A stretch of DNA of 64,000 bases, from assembly GCA_018238625.1 (NCBI GenBank), contig JABCSY010000002.1:28097-92096 (forward strand), read 5' to 3'. The notes below the pieces were generated by a model, which worked only from the letters and a program-made list of their open reading frames with translations, was not told the origin of the DNA and did no database searches. Positions 19,717 to 30,064 of this stretch are shown here, one piece after another. Position 1 is the stretch's first letter, and each line of letters starts with the position of its first letter. Position numbers and translations under genes: made by a program. This DNA comes from Promethearchaeota archaeon. Lineage in GTDB: Archaea; Asgardarchaeota; Lokiarchaeia; Sigyniarchaeales; SOKP01.

Positions 19717-22455
19717 TTAATTTTTAATTGTAACAATTCCATTATAGCCATTAATATTTACAATTTGACCGTTTTTAAAGAGTTTACAGGCGTTTGGAAC
19801 GTTTGTAACTGCAGGTATACCATATTCCCGAGCTACTACTGCACCATGACTAAGTATCCCTCCCGTTTCAGTGATAAGACCGCCTATTTTTGAAAATACA
19901 GGAGTCCACCCTGGATCTGTTCGAGGTACTACAAGGATCTCGTTTGCTTTAACTGTAGAGATTTGATTAATAGTTCGAATTATGTGAATTTTCCCAGTAA
20001 TTATTCCATGGCTTGCTGGTATTCCTTGGATAATTGAACTATCTTTTGAGTACTTTAAAACATCGTTAAATTCATGGGAATCTAAAAGAAATTTTGGAGG
20101 AACTTCATGCTCAAATTTTAGAAAATCTCTTTTTCTACTACTGAGTTCAATCTGTAATTTGGACAATTCGCTCTCATTAAATCTATGATGTAATAAATCT
20201 TCAATCTCTTTTTTTTTTAGAAAAAATATATCATTTGACTCCTTTAGAATTCCCTCATTAGTAAATAGTTTTCCTATTTCTAAAAAAACCATCCGATTTC
20301 TTGTAATCCAGCGATCCAAGTTAAATCTCTGATTTTCTCTAAAGATTATGTATAACCGGCTTAGTTTTAAAATAACACTTAAGATTTTCCATTTTATAAA
20401 ACCAAATCGTTGCGATCTAATTTTGTATTCAACTATCTTCTCAAATTTTTCTTGGATCTCACAGCTGAAAAAGTTTTTACTAGTTTTTGCATGTGTTGTT
20501 TCTGTGGTTAATGATTTTAAGATATTAAATATGTGAATCATTGGTTTTTCGCTCCAACGGGGGTAATATGGCTCTCTAGTGAATCCACGATCGCCAAATT
20601 TCTTTAAAAAATTATCCAATTCTAATAGAAAATTGTTAATTTGTGAATTTTTTTCATGTTTTAGCAGGTCATAAATATTTTCAGATTTATTGTCGAGTAT
20701 TATTGACTTTAAGTTAGAGTCATCTTGAATTAAGGCCGCTAATGAATGAATTCCCTCATTAGTTTCAGTTAACTTATGTTTTAAGCCTGATATTAAAACG
20801 GGATAATATAGTAATGATTCATTTTTCCCTAGAAAACGAGTTAGAAGATATTGTGTCATTAAATTCATTCCAATATTATGAACGGGGATCCCATACCTTA
20901 CTAAACAGAAATGAGGAACCATTGCACGATTGAGATCTTCTGCAAGTGAAAATAAAGCCAGCCCATCGCTTGTATCTTCAATTTTTTTGAATTTTAAATC
21001 AAAATTTATGCAAAACGGATTAAATATCATATTAGTCCACTCATCGTATTTTACCGCAGTTTTAGTAATGCTACCATCAGGATCATAAAACATTACTCGA
21101 ATTTCTGCAATCACACGATTCTTAATATGGAAAGGAAGGTTTTTAATTGTTTCTTTACCGTAGTATCCATAACCATCTGGAAAGTAATTTAAAAGATCTT
21201 CGTTTCGTAACATATTTGGAATTTCATTTTCTACTTTAAGTTTAAGAACATTTAAATTGAAATACACGTGACCATTATAAAGCTTTAAAAGCTTATTATC
21301 TATATTTTCATAGCCCAAAATACTATTAAGCTCGATATTAACAATTTTGGTTAAATTATCTCCTAATAATTCGAAAAAGAGAGGACTAACAGGATCATTC
21401 CAATAATCGTCGCTATAGCCTCGACTCCACATTTTTTTTTCTCTGATTTTTAAGGGACTCATTGAAGTTATAGGGCGCGATTGAAGAAGATAAATGCGAT
21501 CGTCTTGATCTATAGCCCATTCTATGTCTTGAGGCTTTCCTCCAAAGATATTTTCAATTTTGCCCCCAATTCTAGCAAGTTTAACAATGATCTTGTCTGA
21601 TAGAGAAGATTCCCTGCTTTTTTGTTCGGAGAGGAGTCTTTGCTCGATACCACTATCTCCATTAGTCTCTTTTGAAAAAATGGCAAATTCTTTTTTTCCT
21701 ATTCTTTTGTCAATGACTCTAAATACTTTTTTTCCTTTTGTAAGTATTTTTTGAACAATGTATTGATCTGGATTAATCTGACCAGACATTAAGGATTCTC
21801 CTAATCCAAAATTAGATTCAATAAGAATTTCTGAAATATCCGATGTAATAGGATTAGCTGTAAATAAAACTCCTGCAGATTTTGGTGAAATCATTTTTTG
21901 AACAATGGTTGCAATTTTAACATTGTTATGAGGTATCATATTCTTTATCCTATAAGATATTGCTCTACCCGTCCAAAGAGATGCATAGCACTGTTTAATG
22001 TGATGAAGAATCTGCTTGAACCCTTTAAGATTTAAATAAGTATCATATTGACCCGCAAATGAAGCTTCTGGTAAATCTTCTGCTGTAGCCGACGATCTTA
22101 CGGCAACATAATAAGTTTCATAATGAGGATACTTAGCAGAGATTTCATTGGTGAGTTCAATAGGAAGTGGACTACCCTCAATAGCGTTTTGAATTGATTT
22201 CGCTGCTGCTTCAATAGAGGCATAATCATTATCTGTGATTTTATTTAGTGAATCTTGGATAATATTATCAAGCTTATTACGCACTAGAAATAATGAGTAA
22301 GCCGAAGTTTTTATGACGTATCCTTCTGGAACATAAAAATCATTTGCCATTAGAAAGCTGAGATTAGCGGCTTTACTACCGATATTTTTAACATCATCAG
22401 TTAATATTTCAGTTAAATTTATTGTAAAAGGACCATCTACAACCAAATAAATCAC
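19717..22455 (-). CDS. PEP-utilising dikinase, rifampicin-phosphotransferase-like architecture
   Basis: N-terminal ATP-grasp (VRSSATAEDLPEASFAGQ, QDIEWA, LQSRPIT) and C-terminal swivel His domain (GGILSHGAVVAREYGIP); start may be TTG 22446. Confidence 0.85.
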   Translation of the reverse strand: MIYLVVDGPFTINLTEILTDDVKNIGSKAANLSFLMANDFYVPEGYVIKTSAYSLFLVRNKLDNIIQDSLNKITDNDYASIEAAAKSIQNAIEGSPLPIELTNEISAKYPHYETYYVAVRSSATAEDLPEASFAGQYDTYLNLKGFKQILHHIKQCYASLWTGRAISYRIKNMIPHNNVKIATIVQKMISPKSAGVLFTANPITSDISEILIESNFGLGESLMSGQINPDQYIVQKILTKGKKVFRVIDKRIGKKEFAIFSKETNGDSGIEQRLLSEQKSRESSLSDKIIVKLARIGGKIENIFGGKPQDIEWAIDQDDRIYLLQSRPITSMSPLKIREKKMWSRGYSDDYWNDPVSPLFFELLGDNLTKIVNIELNSILGYENIDNKLLKLYNGHVYFNLNVLKLKVENEIPNMLRNEDLLNYFPDGYGYYGKETIKNLPFHIKNRVIAEIRVMFYDPDGSITKTAVKYDEWTNMIFNPFCINFDLKFKKIEDTSDGLALFSLAEDLNRAMVPHFCLVRYGIPVHNIGMNLMTQYLLTRFLGKNESLLYYPVLISGLKHKLTETNEGIHSLAALIQDDSNLKSIILDNKSENIYDLLKHEKNSQINNFLLELDNFLKKFGDRGFTREPYYPRWSEKPMIHIFNILKSLTTETTHAKTSKNFFSCEIQEKFEKIVEYKIRSQRFGFIKWKILSVILKLSRLYIIFRENQRFNLDRWITRNRMVFLEIGKLFTNEGILKESNDIFFLKKKEIEDLLHHRFNESELSKLQIELSSRKRDFLKFEHEVPPKFLLDSHEFNDVLKYSKDSSIIQGIPASHGIITGKIHIIRTINQISTVKANEILVVPRTDPGWTPVFSKIGGLITETGGILSHGAVVAREYGIPAVTNVPNACKLFKNGQIVNINGYNGIVTIKN

Positions 22456-22656
22456 CCATGAAATTTAGGATATAATTTTAAGTTTAAAATTAAAATCTTT
22501 AATACATCTTTGTTTAAAATTATTTATAAAAGTTAATTTAACCTAGCCTACAAATTAACGAATTTAGGGGAAATTGATTTTTCTTAATTGGAAAAATTTA
22601 AAGTTTATAGTAGTTTTTATTTAAACACAACATATTAAAAGAAATTAGTGATATTA

Positions 22657-22950
22657 ATGGGTAAAACGAAAAAAACCGGTCTTTCAGCCACTTTTGGAGC
22701 TCGCTATGGCTCTAATGTTCGCAAGAAATGGAGACTAATCATGGAAAAGCAAAAAGGGGGAAATTTAAAATGCCCTCGATGCGAAACAAAAGGATCGATC
22801 CATAGAATTTCGACTGGTATATGGTATTGCAGAAAATGTAGTGCTAAATTTACAGGAGGGGCATATAACACCCAAACACCTCGAGGCGCAGAGTCCTTTA
22901 GAATAGCGAAGCGAAAACAAAGAGAATCAGAAGTAATTGAAGAACAATGA
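22657..22950 (+). CDS. rpl37ae: 50S ribosomal protein L37Ae (eL43)
   Basis: FGARYG, CPRC...GIWYCRKC..FTGGAY. Confidence 0.95.
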   Translation: MGKTKKTGLSATFGARYGSNVRKKWRLIMEKQKGGNLKCPRCETKGSIHRISTGIWYCRKCSAKFTGGAYNTQTPRGAESFRIAKRKQRESEVIEEQ

Positions 22951-23216
22951 ATAATGATAATTTTTTTACAATAAAATCTACTTTAGAGCTTAAATTTAAA
23001 ACTTCTAAACTGTGTGATATTTCTTATAACTCATTTTTACCCGAATTTAACATAGTAAAATCGAAAAGATCTACTATAGAGATGAAAAAAGAGGAATATT
23101 CGTTAATATTTCAAATTAATAGCAACGATATCACTGCTTTCAGGGCAAGTATTAATGAGATAATCAGTTTTGGAAAGGTTATTGATAATACGCTAAAAAT
23201 TGTTGAAAATTCGTAA
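22947..23216 (+). CDS. pcc1: KEOPS subunit Pcc1
   Basis: RS.I...., I.SNDITAFRASIN motif; superoperon position. Confidence 0.8.
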   Translation: MNNDNFFTIKSTLELKFKTSKLCDISYNSFLPEFNIVKSKRSTIEMKKEEYSLIFQINSNDITAFRASINEIISFGKVIDNTLKIVENS

Positions 23217-23274
23217 ATTTCATATTAGAAATTTCATTTTTCTATAAAATATAAAAAATATTATGTGATTATCA

Positions 23275-23631
23275 TTGACAATAAATTACGAATCCTTAAA
23301 CGAAGAAACAAAGAAGAAATTTCAAACTCTATCTCAATTTGGTCAAACTTTAGAGATCCTTACACAACAGAAGTTACAAATTGATAGTAATATTAGAGAA
23401 ACAGAACTAGCGATAGAAAATCTTACTGAAGCTACTCCAGATACTCCGGTTTACAAAAGTATTGGTGGCGTGATGGTAAAAAGTACTCGAGATAAACTGC
23501 TTGACGAGAAAAATACTAATAAAGAAACTCTAACTATGCAATCTAAAACGCTTGCTCAAAAGATCGAAAGAACTAAGAGTACTTTTGAGAGCATGCAGAA
23601 ATCTCTTCAAGAAGATTTACAAAATCAATAA
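23275..23631 (+). CDS. pfdB: Prefoldin subunit beta
   Basis: Coiled coils around VYKSIGGVMV. Confidence 0.9.
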   Translation: MTINYESLNEETKKKFQTLSQFGQTLEILTQQKLQIDSNIRETELAIENLTEATPDTPVYKSIGGVMVKSTRDKLLDEKNTNKETLTMQSKTLAQKIERTKSTFESMQKSLQEDLQNQ

Positions 23632-23647
23632 TATATTCAATATTTTT

Positions 23648-24655
23648 ATGCTTAATACTAAAAAAGATGATTTTTTAAGTTATTTAAAGGGAAAAAATCT
23701 CTTAATTACCACTCATGATTCAGCTGATCTTGACGGTTTTGTGTCTGTTATAGTTTTAAAATTCTTTTTTGAGAATTTTTTCTCAAATCAAAATATATAT
23801 TTAACCTTCTCAAAATTATCTAAATATACTCAAAATTTTGTTGTAAAATTTCTCCAAAAATTTCCAGACTTTAATTTTCCCTCTAAAAATGACGAAAACT
23901 TCTCGGATATTGACATTATAGTTATTGTCGACACAAATAATATAGAACAAATAAAATTGTCAAGCGCATTAAATTTAGAAGTCCCCTTTATTTTTGTAGA
24001 TCATCATTTAGATTTAAAAAAGAATTATGGAAGAAACATAACATCGTTAAATTTAATATTTGAAAATTATTCTTCGACAGCAGAGATAATATTAGAGTTA
24101 ATTGATAATTACGACTTCAATCTTCCAATCCCATACAAATATCTTTTAATATCGGCAATATTAACCGATTCAGGGTTTCTTAAATATGGAAATACCGAGA
24201 CTATCAAGCATTTATTGAATATTTTGCAAAATGGAATAGATTTTCAAGATGTTCTACCATTATTAGAGAATGAAACCGATATTTCTAAAAAAATTGCAAA
24301 CATTAAAGGGTTGCAAAGAGCTAAACTAATTCGAGCTGACAGTTGGTTAATTGGTATTTCACATGTTAGTAGTTTTAGCGCCTCCGTTGCTTCAACTTTA
24401 ATAAAAGTTGGATTTGATGTTGGAATTGTTTATACAAAAGAAAAATCTAAGTATAGAATCAGCGCTCGAGCAAAAAAAAATGTATGTTTAAAAACGGGGT
24501 TGCATCTTGGGAAAGTTTTTAATGGAATAAGTAATGTAGATGGTGGCGGGCATGATGGCGCTGCGACTTTAAACGGTGAAAATGATTTAGAGCGTACTCT
24601 TAACGAAATAATAGATTCTATAAAACGAACTTTAATTAATTATAAACCGTTATAA
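23648..24655 (+). CDS. DHH family phosphoesterase
   Basis: H.SADLD, VDT, DHH, SSTAEI, TDSG, GGGH..AA; ATG 23648 preferred to the overlapping upstream start. Confidence 0.9.
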   Translation: MLNTKKDDFLSYLKGKNLLITTHDSADLDGFVSVIVLKFFFENFFSNQNIYLTFSKLSKYTQNFVVKFLQKFPDFNFPSKNDENFSDIDIIVIVDTNNIEQIKLSSALNLEVPFIFVDHHLDLKKNYGRNITSLNLIFENYSSTAEIILELIDNYDFNLPIPYKYLLISAILTDSGFLKYGNTETIKHLLNILQNGIDFQDVLPLLENETDISKKIANIKGLQRAKLIRADSWLIGISHVSSFSASVASTLIKVGFDVGIVYTKEKSKYRISARAKKNVCLKTGLHLGKVFNGISNVDGGGHDGAATLNGENDLERTLNEIIDSIKRTLINYKPL

Positions 24656-24685
24656 AGCAAATAGATATGTAGATATCCTTATATA

Positions 24686-25525
24686 ATGAGCCTAATTAAA
24701 TTTAGCAATTTTCATTTTCGATACAAAGGAAATGAAGAATATGCTTTAAATAATATTAATTTAAAAATTGAATCTAACAAATTTATTTTGTTAGCCGGAG
24801 AGACTGGATCTGGAAAAACTTCGTTAATCAGATGCATGAATGGCTTAATCCCCCAATTTTATGCGGGTTATTATAAGGGATCTGTGGAAATCTCAGGAAA
24901 AAATACAACTGAAACATCTATATCAAAATTATCTAAAGATATTGGAATTGTATTTCAAAACCCTGAAAACCAATTAATTGCAATGAATGTAGAACACGAA
25001 ATTGCTTTTGGTTTGGAAAACCTTGGAATTTCGAGGGATGTTATTAAAGAAAGAATTGAAGAAGTTGTAAAAATAACTGAAATTGAAAACATAATGGATA
25101 AAGCACCTTTTGAGATCAGTGGCGGTGAGCAACAACGAGTTGCTATTGCTTCAATTTTAGTATTAGAGCCAAAAATTATCGTTCTAGACGAGCCTACCGC
25201 AAATTTAGACCCTTTTTTTGCTCAAAAAATTATTACTTTATTGAAAAAAATTCAAATTGAAAAGAAAATTACAGTTATAATTAGCGAACATCGAATGGAT
25301 TTGATTGTCCCAATTGTGGACGATATAATCTTGATGAAAGAAGGTGAAGTTATCGCTTACGACGAAAAAGATAAAATAACTAGTGATGACATTTTTGAGA
25401 ATTTAAATATTAATAAACCAAAAATATATTCAATTTTTAATAAATTGAAAAAAAGAAATTTATTTGGGCAAAATATTCCAATATCGATTCAAGATGCTAT
25501 TAATTTATTAAAAACTATTAATTAA
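24686..25525 (+). CDS. ecfA1: ECF transporter ATPase A
   Basis: GETGSGKT, FQNPENQ, ISGGEQQR, LDEPT. Confidence 0.9.
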   Translation: MSLIKFSNFHFRYKGNEEYALNNINLKIESNKFILLAGETGSGKTSLIRCMNGLIPQFYAGYYKGSVEISGKNTTETSISKLSKDIGIVFQNPENQLIAMNVEHEIAFGLENLGISRDVIKERIEEVVKITEIENIMDKAPFEISGGEQQRVAIASILVLEPKIIVLDEPTANLDPFFAQKIITLLKKIQIEKKITVIISEHRMDLIVPIVDDIILMKEGEVIAYDEKDKITSDDIFENLNINKPKIYSIFNKLKKRNLFGQNIPISIQDAINLLKTIN

Positions 25526-25537
25526 ATTTGAAAGGTT

Positions 25538-26413
25538 ATGAAGGAAAAGAACTCGCTACCTTTAATAATGATGCATGATGTTGAATATGTTTATTCAAAT
25601 GGGACGGTGGCATTAAAAAAAGTCTCTCTCAACATCAATAAAGGCGAGTTTATAGCAATAATGGGTCAAAACGGAGCGGGAAAAACGACATTAATTCGAA
25701 CTATTAACGGCTTAATCCGCCCTACTAAGGGAGAAATTTTTTTAGAGGGTGAAAATATCGACTCTAAAACTATTGCTACTTTATCTAAAAAAGTAGGAAT
25801 TATTTTTCAAAATCCTACACATCAACTATTTTCTAATACGGTTGAGGATGAAATTAAGTTTTCGTTGAAAAATCTTAATTTAGACAAAGAAGAAATTCAG
25901 ATAAAAGCAGATAAAGTATTAAAAGAATTTAATCTAGAAAAGTATCGAAATCGATCGCCATTAAGTCTATCTGGCGGAGAATCAAAAAAAATAGCTGTTG
26001 CTTCAATTATATGCCGCGACACCGAAATTTTAGTTTTTGACGAGCCAACATTGGGTCAGGATGCAAAAGAAATTAGATTTTTTGTTAAATTATTACATAA
26101 CGAATTAAAAAGGGGGAAAACAATAATTATAGTAACTCATAGTGTAGAATTTACTATAGAGCACGCCCCAAGGACCGTTTTAATGAGCGGAGGAAGAATT
26201 ATTGCTGATGGTCCAACAAAAAATATTCTTACTAATGAATTTTTAGTAGAAAGCTCATCGCTAGTTATGCCACAAATTTATCAACTTAGAATTGAACTTC
26301 AAAAAATTGGAATTGATGTCCCTAAAGAAGTTGTAAAGGAGCAAGAAATGATAAATTTTCTTAACAATTATTTGGAAAATAAGACAACAACTATACCCGA
26401 GGGTCGTCCATAA
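25538..26413 (+). CDS. ecfA2: ECF transporter ATPase A'
   Basis: GQNGAGKT, FQNP.HQLF, LSGGE, DEPTLGQD. Confidence 0.9.
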   Translation: MKEKNSLPLIMMHDVEYVYSNGTVALKKVSLNINKGEFIAIMGQNGAGKTTLIRTINGLIRPTKGEIFLEGENIDSKTIATLSKKVGIIFQNPTHQLFSNTVEDEIKFSLKNLNLDKEEIQIKADKVLKEFNLEKYRNRSPLSLSGGESKKIAVASIICRDTEILVFDEPTLGQDAKEIRFFVKLLHNELKRGKTIIIVTHSVEFTIEHAPRTVLMSGGRIIADGPTKNILTNEFLVESSSLVMPQIYQLRIELQKIGIDVPKEVVKEQEMINFLNNYLENKTTTIPEGRP

Positions 26414-27190
26414 ATGTCTTTAGAATTTCTCAGTGCATTCAAATTTTTGAAAAAAGAAACTTTTTTACATAATCTAGATCCAAGAACAAAATTATTGTTA
26501 GCGATAACCTACACTATTAACGCTTTGTTGTTCCAAGAAATCATCCCTTTATTATTAATTTTAATAACTTTACTGCCAATAATTCTTTTAGGACGCTTAT
26601 TTAAACAATGGTTAAGAAGTATCAAAGGAATGTCCTTTCTCTACATTTTTATCATTGTTTTGAACACCCTATTTATCAAGGACAGGGGTTTATCATTTGC
26701 AATAGCCATGATATTAAGAATCTCCATAATGATTTCAGCATTTTCATTGTTTTTCTTAACTGTCGACCCAAACGATTTGACTCTTTCTTTGATTTCTATG
26801 AAGATTTCCTATGAATATGCGTTTTCCTTTTCATTAGCTTTTAGATTCGTTCCAACGATTGCAATAGAGGCTCAAAATATTATGGACGCTCAACAAAGTC
26901 GAGGTTATGAAATGCAACAAAAAGGCATTATTAATCAGGTAAAAAATCTATTTCCTCTCTTAGTCCCTCTAATAATAAGCTCTATAAAAAGAGCTTTTAA
27001 CGTCGCAGAGGCTCTTGAATCAAGGGCTTTTGGAAGTAAAAAGGAGCGTACTTTTTATTTTACTATTAAATATTCAACCAAAGATTGGATATTTACGATA
27101 TATTTGATTTTATTGTCGACTACTCTAATTTTTATTAAGATCCACTTTATTTCAATGCCACTATGGTTTAGATGGAGTTTACCTGTATGA
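26414..27190 (+). CDS. ecfT: ECF transporter transmembrane component T
   Basis: LDPRTKL, RFVP, AQQSRG, ALESRAF. Confidence 0.92.
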   Translation: MSLEFLSAFKFLKKETFLHNLDPRTKLLLAITYTINALLFQEIIPLLLILITLLPIILLGRLFKQWLRSIKGMSFLYIFIIVLNTLFIKDRGLSFAIAMILRISIMISAFSLFFLTVDPNDLTLSLISMKISYEYAFSFSLAFRFVPTIAIEAQNIMDAQQSRGYEMQQKGIINQVKNLFPLLVPLIISSIKRAFNVAEALESRAFGSKKERTFYFTIKYSTKDWIFTIYLILLSTTLIFIKIHFISMPLWFRWSLPV

Positions 27191-27843
27191 TCATAAATTC
27201 TTTCAAAGGTTTAAACGAAAATCTTAAGTATTACGTAGGAATTAATCAAATTGAGGTTGAGCCAGAAGAATTATCTTTAGAAAAGCTATTAAAATTAATT
27301 GAAGTTATACAAAAAAATCATAATGACACTGTATTACAATTTTTCAACGAAAAGTATGTTCTAAATAAAGAACATATATTTCACGCTTGTTATTTCGTTC
27401 AAAACGCTTTTTTTAATAAAATTAATATTTCAAATAAAAAAAATATTGAACTTTTTTTATATTTGGCAGCTAAAAGGCAAATTAAGTTAGGTCTCGAAGA
27501 TTTTGGGATAGATAATTATAATATTAACAATCGTAGAATTAGTTTTTGTGTAATCTCGTCGAAAAACAACGTTAAGCAAATTAATTTGGAAGTAAATGAG
27601 TATTTAGGTTCTAAAGACATGAGTTTAAATTTAGAAGAACCATCTATAGAAAAATACAAAATCGTTAAAAATTATTTTAATTTTTCTAATAAGCAAATTT
27701 TAACTGTGTTAAAGTCATATGGGATTAAACTAAGTTACATAGAACCGAACGAGAAAAATATCGTTAATCTATTTAGAGCTTTAAACGATTTATTATGTGA
27801 AGAGATGGCTTTGTTAAGTTTAGAGAAAACAAGATCTGATTAG
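27187..27843 (+). CDS. cgi121: KEOPS subunit Cgi121
   Basis: Q.F...., EHI..A, ELFLYLAAKRQI..., EEMALL; ATG overlaps the ecfT stop. Confidence 0.8.
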   Translation: MIINSFKGLNENLKYYVGINQIEVEPEELSLEKLLKLIEVIQKNHNDTVLQFFNEKYVLNKEHIFHACYFVQNAFFNKINISNKKNIELFLYLAAKRQIKLGLEDFGIDNYNINNRRISFCVISSKNNVKQINLEVNEYLGSKDMSLNLEEPSIEKYKIVKNYFNFSNKQILTVLKSYGIKLSYIEPNEKNIVNLFRALNDLLCEEMALLSLEKTRSD

Positions 27844-28370
27844 AGCCTATTAAACTTATTATTAATCCTAACTAAATCGTTTGGGTTTAAAAAAGAAATT
27901 CCAGTAACATTTCCCAGGATTTCTATCCTTATAATTTTGTCTGGATTATCCAAATTAACTTTATTATTAACAATTTTAGCAACCAATTCAATAACAGTGT
28001 CTCTTTCTACCAATTCATTTTTTCTACGTATTAAATCAATCTTAAAAGACTGATCTTCATTAATATAAATGCGATAATATTTATCTACGAATTCTTTGAT
28101 AGTTTTTGTATTAGTTTCACAAACATAATCAATTGGGGTAATTTTTAAAACGAACTGAAAAAAATTAGGATCATTTTCTATTATGTTTTTAATTCTAGAT
28201 ATAACTTCTTTACGATCAAGATTAGTTACTGCTGTTATCAATCCAGGATACTTTAGCCCTGATATAATAGGGTATTTGTCGCCACACATTAACAGAGTAA
28301 ACCAGATTTCTGCTTTTGCGTTTGTCTCGTTATATCTTGAGGTTGAGATCAATAGATTAAAGTTGTTCAA
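27840..28370 (-). CDS. THUMP domain protein (Tan1-like)
   Basis: SFKI...RR, KVNLDNPDKIIRIEILG. Confidence 0.85.
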   Translation of the reverse strand: MNNFNLLISTSRYNETNAKAEIWFTLLMCGDKYPIISGLKYPGLITAVTNLDRKEVISRIKNIIENDPNFFQFVLKITPIDYVCETNTKTIKEFVDKYYRIYINEDQSFKIDLIRRKNELVERDTVIELVAKIVNNKVNLDNPDKIIRIEILGNVTGISFLNPNDLVRINNKFNRL

Positions 28371-28386
28371 ATTTTACTCCTTATTT

Positions 28387-29055
28387 TTAATCTTCCTTTA
28401 TTTCTAAAATGCTTTCGATATCTTCTTCTTCTATCAACCCAATTCGCAGTAATTTTAACTTTTCTGAGCTACAATCAACGATTGTCGTAGGAACTTTCGA
28501 TTGTGATTTTCCTCCATCGATTATTAAATCAATAGGTGTTAAGAATTTTTTCGCAACTTCGCTTCCACTAATAGATGCTGTCTCTCCAGAATAGTTTGCT
28601 GAAGTCCCAATTATCCCACCAAAGCATCCTTTTAATTTCAGTTTTTTTAAGATATGTAAAACGATCTCGTTTTCAGGAATACGGATACCAATAGTATTCT
28701 GAAAAGCAGTAACTTCTGGAGGAATGATATTTGGTTCTTTTTTTTTTAAAATTAAGGTTAGTTGACCAGGCCAAAAGTGATCTGCTAGCTTTCTACCTAA
28801 AATGTTAAACTCAGCTATTTTAGAAGCTTCCTCAACATCAGCTACTAACAATAACAATCCTTTAGATCGTTCTCGAAATTTTATTTCGTAAATTTTTTCA
28901 ATAGCATTAAGATTTGTTGGATCACATCCAAGCCCATAGACAGAATTGGTAGGAAAAGCGATAACTTTTCCTTCTATTATGTTTTCCACTACAATATCTA
29001 GAAAATATTCAATTTCTTCTATTTTTTTTCCCGCTAATTTAATTAAAAAACCCAT
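28387..29055 (-). CDS. tsaC: L-threonylcarbamoyladenylate synthase (single-domain TsaC/YrdC type)
   Basis: FPT.SVYGLG, K.R, FWPGQLT, RIP, TSAN.SG, PTTIVD, LR.G. Confidence 0.92.
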   Translation of the reverse strand: MGFLIKLAGKKIEEIEYFLDIVVENIIEGKVIAFPTNSVYGLGCDPTNLNAIEKIYEIKFRERSKGLLLLVADVEEASKIAEFNILGRKLADHFWPGQLTLILKKKEPNIIPPEVTAFQNTIGIRIPENEIVLHILKKLKLKGCFGGIIGTSANYSGETASISGSEVAKKFLTPIDLIIDGGKSQSKVPTTIVDCSSEKLKLLRIGLIEEEDIESILEIKED

Positions 29056-29119
29056 AATATTCGGTTAAAATGTAAATGTAAATTAATAATAGAAAATGAA
29101 GATAGTAATAATTTAAAGA

Positions 29120-30061
29120 TTATTTTTGGTAATTATCTTGACAACTTAACTCAGCAGCAATTCGTTCCCAATTACGATCGAGGCGTTCTTGTAGTTCAAT
29201 TAAATCCTTTTCTGAAAGTTTTGAGAATCTTTTTTGATTCGAAAGATAGTCGATCAATGGCGTCCTCTTAGATGGGTCTAATAGTGGTTGGCTCTTTTTT
29301 GAAAGTTTCATTATACCATTTTCAATCTCATATAATATCCAAGAACCCGTTTTAACGGCCAAGCGCGCTAGTTCAATTGTACTTTCGGATTGATACCCCC
29401 ATCCCGGTGGACATGGTGCTAGAATGTGAATGTATCTACATCCCTTAATTGATTTTGCTTTCTTAAATTTATCGTAAAGATCAAGCGGTTCACTAACACT
29501 ACATGTGGCAACATATGGAATCTCGTGAGCTGCCATTATAGCTGGAAGATTTTTCTTGTACCTTTCTTTTCCCAATGTTGTTGTCGTTGTAACAGCCCCG
29601 TGAGGCGTGCTTGATGATCTCTGGATGCCCGTATTCATGTAGGCCTCGTTATCGTAACAGCAATAAATAAAATCAGAATTTCTTTCAGCAGCTCCACTTA
29701 GACCTTGAATACCAATGTCCGTCGTACCTCCATCTCCAGCAAAAACTAGAGTTGTCATTTCCCCCCATACTTTACCTGGAAATCGATAATTCTTTGCTTT
29801 GAATGCGGCAGACATCCCAGTTGCTGCCGCTGCTGCCGCTGCAAATGCCATGTTTGTAAAGGGAAAGTTTGGTGCAGCTTTAGGCCATAATCCTACTACT
29901 ACATTTAAACAACTAGCTGGCGTTACTAACGCTGTTTTAGGTCCTAACGCTTTCATTGCCCATCGTAGGGCAATTTCGAGACCACAACCAGCACAACAAG
30001 AATTGCCTGGAAGAAAAAACTCTTCTTGGCAAGATTCTAATGCTTCTTTTAATTTTACCAT
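29120..30061 (-). CDS. porB: Pyruvate/2-oxoacid:ferredoxin oxidoreductase beta subunit
   Basis: CAGCG, GDGGTTDIG, DNEAYMNTGIQRS, PCPPGW. Confidence 0.92.
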   Translation of the reverse strand: MVKLKEALESCQEEFFLPGNSCCAGCGLEIALRWAMKALGPKTALVTPASCLNVVVGLWPKAAPNFPFTNMAFAAAAAAATGMSAAFKAKNYRFPGKVWGEMTTLVFAGDGGTTDIGIQGLSGAAERNSDFIYCCYDNEAYMNTGIQRSSSTPHGAVTTTTTLGKERYKKNLPAIMAAHEIPYVATCSVSEPLDLYDKFKKAKSIKGCRYIHILAPCPPGWGYQSESTIELARLAVKTGSWILYEIENGIMKLSKKSQPLLDPSKRTPLIDYLSNQKRFSKLSEKDLIELQERLDRNWERIAAELSCQDNYQK

Positions 30062-30064
30062 TAC

